Assembly: GCA_026002795.1 (NCBI GenBank)
Contig: BPGA01000001.1
Location: forward strand, 360,001 to 392,000
From: Candidatus Saccharimonadota bacterium
GTDB taxonomy: Archaea; Nanobdellota; Nanobdellia; Pacearchaeales; GW2011-AR1
Length of the DNA: 32,000 bases
Direction of reading: 5' to 3'
In this document: positions 22,116-30,343 of the stretch, piece by piece
Numbering within the stretch: the stretch's first letter is position 1
Layout of the letters: every line of letters begins with the position of its first letter
Position numbers and translations under genes: made by a program
Notes under the pieces: generated by a model
Seen by the model: only the letters and a program-made list of their open reading frames with translations
What the model was told of the DNA's origin: nothing
The model's database searches: none

Positions 22116-23912
22116 ATGAAAAAAAATTTGATTTTTGTTTTAATGTTTGTTGTAGTTTTAAGCTTATCTTTTATTAGTTCCCAATTATTAAACTCTAGTG
22201 AGCAACAAAAAAGGGTAAATCAGGCTTATTCTTGTTTGGATAGTAAGATAAAAGGAAAATGCTCTTCTCTTTCAATAGAAGAAAGAATTTTTTCTTTTTT
22301 ATCAACAGGCCAGTGCAGACAAGAGATGATTTCTTCTTCTAAAAACGGAGAGTGCTGGCCACAAACAACAGGAGAGTGTAAAATTAAAACAACTGCCCAA
22401 GCAATTCTTTCATTAGAAAATAACAATGTAGATTCTACAAAACCAAAAAATTGGCTTCTTAATAAAACAAAAAATCCGACAGAACTTGTTTGGTATCTTC
22501 AAATTGATAGTAATGAAGCAACTTCTTGTACAATAGGCTATAGAGGTCAGACATACAATGTAAATATAAATGAAAATAAAATTTTAAGTAATAATGCTGG
22601 TGCATGTTTAATAGTTTCTGAAAACGGATATTGGTTTCAAATTTCTTCTTCTTGTTATAATGAAGAGATAACCATTTCTTGCGATAAAGATTTTTTAACT
22701 TCTCTTTTATTTAAAAAAACAACTTCTTCAACAATAAATGTTCTTCCAGAAGTTTCTTCTGCATCAGCAGGAGGAACTACAAGAGAAAAAGTAGAATCAT
22801 TATGTTTTGTTGAAGGAAACTCTTGTAATTATGAAGGGAGTCTTTGGGCTACTCTTGCTCTAGCTTCTTTGGGAGAAGAGACAAAACAGTATATGCCTTA
22901 TTTAGTTGCTTTAGCTGATGAAAATCCAAAGTTTCTTCCAGAATCTTTTTTGACATATCTTACAGGAGATTCTTCTTATAAAGCTGCTTTAATCTCAAAA
23001 CAAAAAGAAAGTAGTTATTGGTTAGAATCTGGAGACAAATTTTATGATACAGCTCTTGCTCTTTATCCTTTGCAAAAAGAAAGCTTAGAAGAAGTTGAAA
23101 ATTCTAAAAATTGGCTTTTAACAAATCAAGATAGAAACGGTTGTTGGCAGGATAGCTTAAAAAATACTGCTTTTATTTTGTTTTCAGTATGGCCTAAAAA
23201 ATTAGTTAGTAGTGATGGAAGCGGTGTTTCAGATTGCGAGTCATCTGGTTTTTATTGTACAACAATAGCTGGTTGTGAAGGAGAAATTTTATCAGAATAT
23301 AGTTGTCCTTCTTCGTACCAGTGTTGTAATAAACAACCAGTTCAAACAACCTGCTCTGAAGAAGGAGGAATTGTTTGCTCTCAAAATGAGAGATGTGTTG
23401 GTGGTACAACATTAGGCACTCCTGATTTAAGACTTGGAGAAAGTTGTTGTATTGGAGGGAGTTGTCAAGAGGCAGAAGAAGAAAGAAGTCTTTCAGATTG
23501 CGAACTTCAAGGAGGTGTTTGTAGAGCTAACTCTTGCGAAGAAAATGAAGAAGAAAAGGCATTTTCATGTAATTTACAATCTGAAGTTTGTTGTATGATA
23601 AAAATTAAAGAAAAGAAAAGTAATTTGCTATTTTGGATTCTTTTCATACTTGTTTTGTTAGTTGCATTAGGAATAATCTTCAGAGAAAAATTAAGGCATT
23701 ATTGGTTTAAATTCAGGGATAGTTTTGGAAAAAAGAAAGGACCCCCAACAACACCTCCTAAATACCCAAGTACTCCAACACAACCTTACCCTGTGCATAG
23801 AACAATAGAAAAACATTATGTTCCTGTTCAGAAAAAAATGCCATTAAAAAAAACATCTTCTCATGAGGAATTAGATGAAGTCTTAAAAAAACTTAAAGAA
23901 ATGGGTAAATAA
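22116..23912 (+). CDS. Type I membrane surface protein: alpha/alpha-toroid (prenyltransferase/terpene-cyclase QW-like) ectodomain, three Cys-rich modules, TM, Pro-rich cytoplasmic tail
   Basis: Signal peptide MKKNLIFVLMFVVVLSLSFISS. QW-like repeats KNWLLTNQDRNGCWQDSLKNTAFILFSVWP, SSKNGECWPQTTGECKIKTTAQAILSL and KQKESSYWLESGDKFYDTALALYPL. Three C-x6-7-C-x4-5-C...CC modules at aa 374-493 (nt 23235-23594). TM LLFWILFILVLLVALGIIF. Tail KGPPTTPPKYPSTPTQPYPV. Confidence 0.65.
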   Translation: MKKNLIFVLMFVVVLSLSFISSQLLNSSEQQKRVNQAYSCLDSKIKGKCSSLSIEERIFSFLSTGQCRQEMISSSKNGECWPQTTGECKIKTTAQAILSLENNNVDSTKPKNWLLNKTKNPTELVWYLQIDSNEATSCTIGYRGQTYNVNINENKILSNNAGACLIVSENGYWFQISSSCYNEEITISCDKDFLTSLLFKKTTSSTINVLPEVSSASAGGTTREKVESLCFVEGNSCNYEGSLWATLALASLGEETKQYMPYLVALADENPKFLPESFLTYLTGDSSYKAALISKQKESSYWLESGDKFYDTALALYPLQKESLEEVENSKNWLLTNQDRNGCWQDSLKNTAFILFSVWPKKLVSSDGSGVSDCESSGFYCTTIAGCEGEILSEYSCPSSYQCCNKQPVQTTCSEEGGIVCSQNERCVGGTTLGTPDLRLGESCCIGGSCQEAEEERSLSDCELQGGVCRANSCEENEEEKAFSCNLQSEVCCMIKIKEKKSNLLFWILFILVLLVALGIIFREKLRHYWFKFRDSFGKKKGPPTTPPKYPSTPTQPYPVHRTIEKHYVPVQKKMPLKKTSSHEELDEVLKKLKEMGK

Positions 23913-23944
23913 AAACTTATTAAGCCATTTTTCTTATTTATTTT

Positions 23945-25168
23945 ATGGGAAAAATTTTATCTTTTTTGTTTATAGCTTTTTTATTTGCAATTTTTTTTGT
24001 AAATAGCATTTCTGCAGTCGAAATTAGTTTTTTTAAAGAGTCAAAAAATTTTTCTCAAGGAGAGACTATAATTTTTAAGGTGTCTGGAAATTTTATAGAT
24101 CAAATTACAAGAGAAAACATACTTTTTTTTAAAGATTCAGTAAGAATTCCTTTTGAATTTAATGTTGTTAAAATCTCTAATGATTTTTATGTTTATGCTT
24201 CTAGTTTATTTAAAAACGAAGGAAATTATTCTTTTGAAATAATTGATGTTAGATATTATAAAGGAATTGTTGTTAGTGATGAAAAAATTAAAGAAAATTT
24301 CACAATAAATTCAAAAATAGCTGACTTTTCTATAAATCCAGCAGCAATTAACACAAATACAAATTTCTTTATTGAAATAACTAATTTAAAAGATAAGAAA
24401 ATTGATATAGAAATTAAAAAACCAAAAGAAATTTTTTTAGAAGAAAGTAAAATATCTTTAAATTCAGGAGCAACAAGAAAATTAAACTTTATCCCATTAG
24501 AAAATTCTCAAGGACTTTACTTTATAGAGTTTAAATCTTCTTCAACAAATTACAAAATACCTATTTTTATAAAACAAGAAAACAAAACAACAAAAGAAGA
24601 AAAATTCGAATTCCAACCTAAAGAGATAAGCATTTTAATGCCAACAAATAGCACTTCAAAAAGAATTATCTATTTAGTTAATCTAGGAGAGAAAATTGAA
24701 GAAATCAATTTTCTTTTTTTAGGAAATGCCTCTTCTTTTTTAAAATTAGTTCCAGACAAAATAACTGAACTTGAAGAGAACGAAACAAAAAAAATAGAAC
24801 TTTTAATAAACTCGGATTTTGAAGAAAAAAATCTTTCAGCAACAATTCTCGCAAATTCTAATTCATCTTCTTCAGAAATTAAAGTTTTTTTAAGCTTTAT
24901 TAAAGATTTTGTCGAGAATGAAACAGAAGAAAATGCATCAAAAATAGTTAATTGTAAAGATATTAACGGAGAGATATGCAAAGAAGGATTTAAGTGTACT
25001 GGAGAGATAACTTATGTTAAAGATGGACCTTGTTGTTTATCTCCTGCTGTTTGCAAAGAAATTGAAAAAAAATCAAACAAAGGAAAGGTTATTGGTTGGG
25101 TAATTTTAATAGTGATAATTCTAATGGTTATTTTATTTTATAAAAAGTATAAAGGTGTTCGAAGATAA
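23945..25168 (+). CDS. Secreted beta-rich surface protein with one Cys-rich juxtamembrane module and a C-terminal TM anchor
   Basis: Signal peptide MGKILSFLFIAFLFAIFFVNSISA|VE. Asn/Lys/Ile-rich ectodomain with many N-x-S/T sequons. Module CKDINGEICKEGFKCTGEITYVKDGPCCLSPAVC (nt 24953-25054) matches the modules of the upstream gene. Terminal VIGWVILIVIILMVILFYKKYKGVRR. Confidence 0.6.
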   Translation: MGKILSFLFIAFLFAIFFVNSISAVEISFFKESKNFSQGETIIFKVSGNFIDQITRENILFFKDSVRIPFEFNVVKISNDFYVYASSLFKNEGNYSFEIIDVRYYKGIVVSDEKIKENFTINSKIADFSINPAAINTNTNFFIEITNLKDKKIDIEIKKPKEIFLEESKISLNSGATRKLNFIPLENSQGLYFIEFKSSSTNYKIPIFIKQENKTTKEEKFEFQPKEISILMPTNSTSKRIIYLVNLGEKIEEINFLFLGNASSFLKLVPDKITELEENETKKIELLINSDFEEKNLSATILANSNSSSSEIKVFLSFIKDFVENETEENASKIVNCKDINGEICKEGFKCTGEITYVKDGPCCLSPAVCKEIEKKSNKGKVIGWVILIVIILMVILFYKKYKGVRR

Positions 25169-25179
25169 ACAAAAATTTT

Positions 25180-25680
25180 TTAATTTTTTCTTTTTTTACT
25201 TTTTGATTTCCCCTTTTTTGTTTTTTTATAATTTTTTAATTTTTTATCTTCTAAACTTTTCTCTTTAGTATTTTTTATTTGATTCATTAAATTTGAAATT
25301 TGGATTTGAGATATACGAGCAATTTCATCATATGCATGAAGCCTTCTTATAATTTCATTTAAAACATCATTCCATGAAGAGCTTGCCAAATTTAATTTTT
25401 CTGGGCTTATTATTTCAATATGGGACGGCATATATTTAAACAACAACAATGCAATGTGAAGAAGAGTTTCAGCTTCAATTTCTAATTCAGCAAAAGTTGT
25501 AAAAAATTCTTTGTTTTCTTTCATTTCAATAGGTTTTTTTATATCTTTAAACTTTACAAAGACATCTTTTTCAGATTCTATTTCTTTTATTATATTCTCT
25601 AAAGTTTCAATTAAATGTTCAGCAGGTCTTCCAATTGCTTCTAAAATCATAATTGCCTTAATTTTCTCTTCAGAATTCAT
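25180..25680 (-). CDS. Conserved-looking hypothetical protein with a Lys-rich C-terminal tail
   Basis: 166 aa; I am not confident of any family. Its start overlaps the upstream ComEA-like gene by 11 nt, implying co-transcription. Ends KKLKNYKKTKKGKSKSKKRKN. Confidence 0.5.
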   Translation of the reverse strand: MNSEEKIKAIMILEAIGRPAEHLIETLENIIKEIESEKDVFVKFKDIKKPIEMKENKEFFTTFAELEIEAETLLHIALLLFKYMPSHIEIISPEKLNLASSSWNDVLNEIIRRLHAYDEIARISQIQISNLMNQIKNTKEKSLEDKKLKNYKKTKKGKSKSKKRKN

Positions 25681-26254
25681 TTTTTCTTTTCCTTTTTATT
25701 ATAATTAAAAAAAACATCATAACTCCAAATAAAATTAAAAAATAAATCATTTTTAATTCCTCTCCATTTTTTTTATTATCAATATCTGTTTTTATAGTTT
25801 TTGGAGAGAGAGAAATAATGTTATATTTAATTTCTGTTTGATTTTCATTAGAAACCTTGTTATTATAAATATTTTTTTGATTATTTTCAATACTTTCTAT
25901 CAATAAGTTTATACTACTTATTTCTTGAGTATTGTTTTCTTTTTTTTCATTTATTTTTTCTTCTTTATTTTTTTCTTGATTTACACATGCCAATCCCTCT
26001 TCTTTAATATCAGAAAGCTTTTTTTCTCCTATACCACTAACTTTTATTAGCTCATCTAAAGAATTGAAAGGCCTAGCTGCAATTATTTTTTCTGCAGTCG
26101 CAGGCCCAACCCAAATTATTTTATCAAGCTCTTCTATCGAGGCAGAGTTAATATCAATTTGTCCTTCCTGGCAATATGAAGATATTATTTCTAAAAAAAT
26201 AAAAATGAAAAAAATAAAAAAAATTAAATTTAAGACAAACTTCAAAAAACCCAT
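25670..26254 (-). CDS. ComEA-like helix-hairpin-helix DNA-binding protein with N-terminal signal/anchor and C-terminal TM
   Basis: The tandem HhH signature IDINSASIEELDKIIWVGPATAEKIIAARPFNSLDELIKVSGIGEKKLSDIKEEG follows a hydrophobic N-terminus (FLKFVLNLIFFIFFIFIFLEII). Then an Asn/Lys/Glu-rich linker and a C-terminal TM plus basic tail (MIYFLILFGVMMFFLIIIKRKRKNEF). Confidence 0.7.
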   Translation of the reverse strand: MGFLKFVLNLIFFIFFIFIFLEIISSYCQEGQIDINSASIEELDKIIWVGPATAEKIIAARPFNSLDELIKVSGIGEKKLSDIKEEGLACVNQEKNKEEKINEKKENNTQEISSINLLIESIENNQKNIYNNKVSNENQTEIKYNIISLSPKTIKTDIDNKKNGEELKMIYFLILFGVMMFFLIIIKRKRKNEF

Positions 26255-26265
26255 AAATAAACAAA

Positions 26266-26688
26266 TTAACTTAAAGTTATAAGTTTTCCTTTTTCAAAAT
26301 CCAAATACTCTATAGATCCTCTTTTTTTTCCTTTTTTTGCTATAATAACCTTATTGAAAATTTTATTTTTTAACAAAAAATTTATCTTTTCTTTTTCTTC
26401 TTTATCTAACCAACCATTGCTTTTAACTTCAACACCAATAATCTCATAAAAATTTTTTTTATTTTTGAAAGCTATAAAATCAGGAAAACCGGTGCTCATT
26501 ACTAAAACTTTTAAATACGGATTAAATTTTCTTTTTGCTTTTACAAGCTTGTTTTTTTCTAAATCAACATTATTGCTCCACTTATCTACTATCCATCCTG
26601 CTTTTTCTAATTCTGCTCTAACTTTTGCTTCAAACCTTGTTCCAGCAGCTCTTCCTTTTTTTCCTCTTAAAGAATATTTTTTTATCAT
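26266..26688 (-). CDS. hjc: Hjc-type Holliday junction resolvase-like PD-(D/E)xK nuclease
   Basis: G.RFE..V...LEKAGW (Glu), GFPDFIAF (Asp) and IGVEVKS (Glu-x-Lys) occur in Hjc order, with an insertion of about 30 aa between the first two motifs. 140 aa. Confidence 0.55.
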   Translation of the reverse strand: MIKKYSLRGKKGRAAGTRFEAKVRAELEKAGWIVDKWSNNVDLEKNKLVKAKRKFNPYLKVLVMSTGFPDFIAFKNKKNFYEIIGVEVKSNGWLDKEEKEKINFLLKNKIFNKVIIAKKGKKRGSIEYLDFEKGKLITLS

Positions 26689-26691
26689 AAC

Positions 26692-26877
26692 TTATAAGTC
26701 TCTTGCTTGGAGAGTTCTTCTTTTATTTGCTTTTGCTCTTTTTATTGCTTCCAATAAGATTTCTTCAACTTTTTTTTCTAAAGCAAGACCAACTTCATCA
26801 GCTACACTAGATATAGCATTCTCTTTATCAAGTTCTTTCACCACTTTCCTAATGTTGCTTTTAATAATCAACCCCAT
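26692..26877 (-). CDS. Small histone-fold (DUF1931-like) DNA-binding protein
   Basis: 61 aa: IIKSNIRKVVKELDKENAISSVADEVGLALEKKVEEILLEAIKRAKANKRRTLQARDL. It follows the helix-loop-helix pattern ending in the R/K-T-hydrophobic-x-x-x-D motif typical of the archaeal histone fold. Confidence 0.5.
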   Translation of the reverse strand: MGLIIKSNIRKVVKELDKENAISSVADEVGLALEKKVEEILLEAIKRAKANKRRTLQARDL

Positions 26878-26878
26878 T

Positions 26879-27475
26879 TTAAATTAAACCAACTTTATCT
26901 TTTATATTTTTAATTCCTTCTATCGCGATTTTAAAAAATTCATCTAACGGAATACCAATTTTTTCTATTTCTAAAATGACATCTCTATCAACTTTAGCTG
27001 CAAATGTTTTGTCTTTAAATTTCTTTTTTAAACCAGAAACTTCCATATCACTAACTCTTTTTCCCCTCATTAAAGCATATGCATGAATTAATCCTGTTAT
27101 TGTTTCTGAAGCAGCTAAAGCATGTTGAATTTTTTCTATTCTTTTTTTGTCTTTTAAATGAGGAAGCTCTTGAAAACCATAACCATGACTTAAAATTGTT
27201 TCTATGAATTTTTCATCAAAACCAGCATTTCTTAAAATTTCAGGAGCTTTTGTTAGATGAGTTTCAACATTTTCTTTAGTAATACCCCAGTCTATATCAT
27301 GTAATAAACCAAGTATTCCCCAATATTCAATTTCTTCTTCACTTAAACCTAAATATTTCGCAAGATTTCTCATTACTGCTTCTGATTCAAGATAATGAAT
27401 TAAATCTTGTTCGTGTTGATTGTATTTCTTTACAAGTTCCCACGCTTCATCACGAGAAATTGGCAATTTATTCAT
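26879..27475 (-). CDS. HD-domain metal-dependent phosphohydrolase (COG2316-like)
   Basis: H...HD signature: LIHYLESEAVMRNLAKYLG...WGILGLLHDIDW. About 200 aa, the typical size of stand-alone HD hydrolases. Its start overlaps the lysS stop by 8 nt. Confidence 0.7.
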   Translation of the reverse strand: MNKLPISRDEAWELVKKYNQHEQDLIHYLESEAVMRNLAKYLGLSEEEIEYWGILGLLHDIDWGITKENVETHLTKAPEILRNAGFDEKFIETILSHGYGFQELPHLKDKKRIEKIQHALAASETITGLIHAYALMRGKRVSDMEVSGLKKKFKDKTFAAKVDRDVILEIEKIGIPLDEFFKIAIEGIKNIKDKVGLI

Positions 27476-28928
27476 TTTTTTCAGGCTTCATAAATGGGAA
27501 AAGAATAACATCTTTTATTGTTGGACTATCTGTTAAGAGCATTGTAAGCCTGTCTATACCAACACCTAAACCAGATGTAGGAGGCATTCCTAATTTTAAA
27601 GCATAAATGAAATCATCATCTTTTTTTTGAGCTTCAAAATCACCTTTTTTCAATCTTTTTTCAGAATTTTCCCAAAACTCTTCAAGCTCTTTTGGATCAT
27701 TTTGTTCACAATAAGATAATCCAAGTTCCATTCCATTTACAATTATTTCAAAAGAATCTATTATGTTTTTATTTTCTTTGCTACTTTTTGCAAGACCAGC
27801 TGCTTCTTTAGGATAATCATAAATAAGAGTAGGCTGAATTATTTCTGGCTGAATATGTTTTTCAAAAATTCTTATACAAACCTCATTAATAGAATTACAT
27901 CCGTAAATATCAACGTTTAATTTTTTAGCAATATTTTTAGCTTCTTCAAAATTCTTTATCTCTAAAAAGTTTATTTTTGTTTTTTCTTTTAATAAATCAA
28001 AAAACTTTATTTTTTTCCAAGGCCTTTTAAAATCAATTTCTTTTCCTTGAACTTTTATTTTTGTTTTTCCACAAACTTTTTTTACAACATAACAAATCAT
28101 TTCTTCTGCAAAATTCATATTATCTTTATAATCTGCATATGCCCACATTGTTTCAACCTGAGTAAATTCAGGATTATGAAATTTGTCAATTCCTTCATTT
28201 CTAAAGTCAGGAGAAAATTCAAAAATTTTTTCATAACCACCAACTATTAATCTTTTTAAATATAATTCATTAGAGATTCTAAGATAAACTTTCATGTTTA
28301 ATGCGTGAAGTTTTGTTTCAAAAGGTCTTGCACTTGTTCCTCCGTAAACTGGCTGTAATATTGGAGTTTCAACCTCAACAAAACCTTTAGATTTCATAAA
28401 CTCTCTTATTGCTTCAAAAATCTTTCTCCTTTTTTCAAAAATTTCTTTTACCTCTGGATTAATTATTAAATCGACATATCTCCTTCTGTAACGTTCTTCT
28501 TTATCTTTTAAACCATGCCATTTTGAAGGCAAAGGAACAAGAGATTTTGTTAAAAGAGAAAATTCATTCACAAGTATTGATTTTTGCCCTGTTTTTGTTT
28601 TTATAATTTTTCCCGAAACACCAATAATATCTCCAGTGTCAATATATTTAGAAAAAAAGTCAAAGTTTTTTTCAGGAATAAAATTTTTTTGAATGACTAA
28701 TTGAATTTTTCCAGAAAAATCTTGAAGATCAGAAAAAATTATTTTTCCAATATCCCTTTTTGTCATAATCCTACCAGCTGTTTTTACTTTTGAATCAATT
28801 TTAGAATTTAAACAATCAAAAACAGAATCTTTTTTATCAAATTTGTGAGCGTAAACTTCTATTCCTTTTTTCTTTAGTTCTTCTTTTTTCTTTTCTTTTT
28901 CCTTGATTATTTCTTCTTCACGCCCCAT
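27468..28928 (-). CDS. lysS: Lysine--tRNA ligase, class II
   Basis: N-terminal OB anticodon-binding region (KVKTAGRIMTKRDIGKIIFSDLQDFSGKIQL). Class II motifs include FVEVETPILQ, RISNELYLKRLIVGGYEKIFEFSPDFRNEG and the C-terminal GMPPTSGLGVGIDRLTMLLTDSPTIKDVILFPFMK. Confidence 0.92.
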   Translation of the reverse strand: MGREEEIIKEKEKKKEELKKKGIEVYAHKFDKKDSVFDCLNSKIDSKVKTAGRIMTKRDIGKIIFSDLQDFSGKIQLVIQKNFIPEKNFDFFSKYIDTGDIIGVSGKIIKTKTGQKSILVNEFSLLTKSLVPLPSKWHGLKDKEERYRRRYVDLIINPEVKEIFEKRRKIFEAIREFMKSKGFVEVETPILQPVYGGTSARPFETKLHALNMKVYLRISNELYLKRLIVGGYEKIFEFSPDFRNEGIDKFHNPEFTQVETMWAYADYKDNMNFAEEMICYVVKKVCGKTKIKVQGKEIDFKRPWKKIKFFDLLKEKTKINFLEIKNFEEAKNIAKKLNVDIYGCNSINEVCIRIFEKHIQPEIIQPTLIYDYPKEAAGLAKSSKENKNIIDSFEIIVNGMELGLSYCEQNDPKELEEFWENSEKRLKKGDFEAQKKDDDFIYALKLGMPPTSGLGVGIDRLTMLLTDSPTIKDVILFPFMKPEKNE

Positions 28929-28931
28929 CTT

Positions 28932-29207
28932 CTATATATGCAATATTTTGAAGTTTTTAAATCCTTGAAATTTTTCTTCTTTTATTTCAATTTTTTCAAT
29001 TTTTGAATTTTTTGGACCTTTTTTTATTAATTCAAGCATTTTATTAACGTTTTCTATATTCCCCTCAATAAAAATTTCTACTCTTCCATCTTCTAAATTT
29101 CTAACAAAACCCTTAACATTTAGTTTTTCAGCATTTTCTTTTACAAAACTTCTAAAAAAAACACCCTGAACAATCCCACTTATATAAACTCTTAAAGATC
29201 TTTTCAT
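28932..29207 (-). CDS. acyP: Acylphosphatase
   Basis: 91 aa with VYISGIVQGVFFRSFVKENAEKLNVKGFVRNLEDGRVEIFIEG, the V.G.VQGV.FR signature plus the G.V.N..DG.V motif. Confidence 0.85.
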   Translation of the reverse strand: MKRSLRVYISGIVQGVFFRSFVKENAEKLNVKGFVRNLEDGRVEIFIEGNIENVNKMLELIKKGPKNSKIEKIEIKEEKFQGFKNFKILHI

Positions 29208-29257
29208 ATTATATTTAACATAAAAGTAGATTTATTAATTTTTATCTGCTGTAATTT

Positions 29258-29530
29258 TTACAATCCAAAAGTTTTTTCGAAATTTTTCATTCTTATATAA
29301 TTTAATAGAAATTCCCTTCCTTTTTTAGTTATAAAGATTCTTGTTCCTTTACTTGTTTCATTTTTTTCAATTAATCCAGAAGCAATAAGTTTTTCAAGAT
29401 ATAGTTTCATCTGATTATGCGAGAGATTTGCCTTGTACATTAGGTGTGTTGGTTTAATTCCTTGATTTCTTTCTTGAATTATTGCCAACATATCTGATAT
29501 TATGTCTGTTCTTGTTCTTTTCCTTTCCAT
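29258..29530 (-). CDS. Small winged-helix DNA-binding protein (HTH_45-like)
   Basis: [50 protein letters not shown]...[13 protein letters not shown] is typical of ~90-aa archaeal wHTH proteins. Confidence 0.65.
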   Translation of the reverse strand: MERKRTRTDIISDMLAIIQERNQGIKPTHLMYKANLSHNQMKLYLEKLIASGLIEKNETSKGTRIFITKKGREFLLNYIRMKNFEKTFGL

Positions 29531-30203
29531 GGTCCAGTATTTTTAAAATTAAAAATAAAAAAATTAAATAGCTTACTAATTCAACCAACCCCCCCACTAC
29601 AAAAAGAATATCTATGACAGAGAATATAAAAATTAATTGACTTAAAGCTAAAATACTAAAGGCTAAAATAAGTATTTTTGTATTATAAAACCTATTTTTT
29701 GAATAAATTTCATAATAATTTCTTATTATTAAAGAAATTAAAACAAAAGAAGTTATATGATAAATATAATAAAATTCTTTACTTAATAAAGCTGAAATTA
29801 GGATAAAATAAAAAATAAGAAAATAATCCTCAAGCATTTTTTGTTTTCTTGGTAATCTATAAATTAAAAAAAGACCAGCAAGAGTTAAAAATCTATGAAA
29901 GAAAAATCCAGCATAATAAAAAACATCTACTGAATTAACTATATTAGAAGCTATTATTGCTTGACCTATTTGCTCGCTTGGTCCTATATCATAATAAAGT
30001 ATAAGCTTTGTTATTAAAGAAGCTAATTGAGCTATACTTATCAAAAGAAACCCAACCCCAACATACAAAAATCTCTTATTTTTACTTATTTTATAATTTT
30101 TTATTGCAAGCAAAGAAAAAATTACTACAACAAAAAAACTAAAAAAATCTATAAAAACATCAGCTGAAAGAAACCAATCAGGAGTTAAAACTATTTTTAC
30201 CAT
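29454..30203 (-). CDS. Polytopic membrane protein (about 7 TM), unknown function
   Basis: Seven or so hydrophobic helices in the translation. TTTTAAATAA sits about 30 nt upstream of the ATG. The 3' end overlaps the downstream wHTH gene by 77 nt. Confidence 0.6.
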   Translation of the reverse strand: MVKIVLTPDWFLSADVFIDFFSFFVVVIFSLLAIKNYKISKNKRFLYVGVGFLLISIAQLASLITKLILYYDIGPSEQIGQAIIASNIVNSVDVFYYAGFFFHRFLTLAGLFLIYRLPRKQKMLEDYFLIFYFILISALLSKEFYYIYHITSFVLISLIIRNYYEIYSKNRFYNTKILILAFSILALSQLIFIFSVIDILFVVGGLVELVSYLIFLFLILKILDHGKEKNKNRHNIRYVGNNSRKKSRN

Positions 30204-30343
30204 TATAAATTCATTTTTTGAGATTATTTAAAAGGCTTATGGAACATCCTTTCATATTTGTAGTATCTAATATATATTCACAATTCATTTATAAACTCTT
30301 TCATAATTTATTTTAGCTCTCTTTCAACCCCCTTTTTCTTTTT

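Noticed and set aside
22344-22385. Possible thioester (CGEQ-like) site in NGECWPQTTGEC of the toroid surface protein.
   Set aside because: The sequence is G-E-C-W-P-Q, not C-G-E-Q. The order and spacing do not match the A2M/complement thioester motif, so no thioester claim is made.
26465-26887. 140-aa plus-strand ORF antisense to the hjc-like and histone-fold genes.
   Set aside because: It spans two well-formed minus-strand genes and their junction. Its low-complexity hydrophobic translation has no motif.
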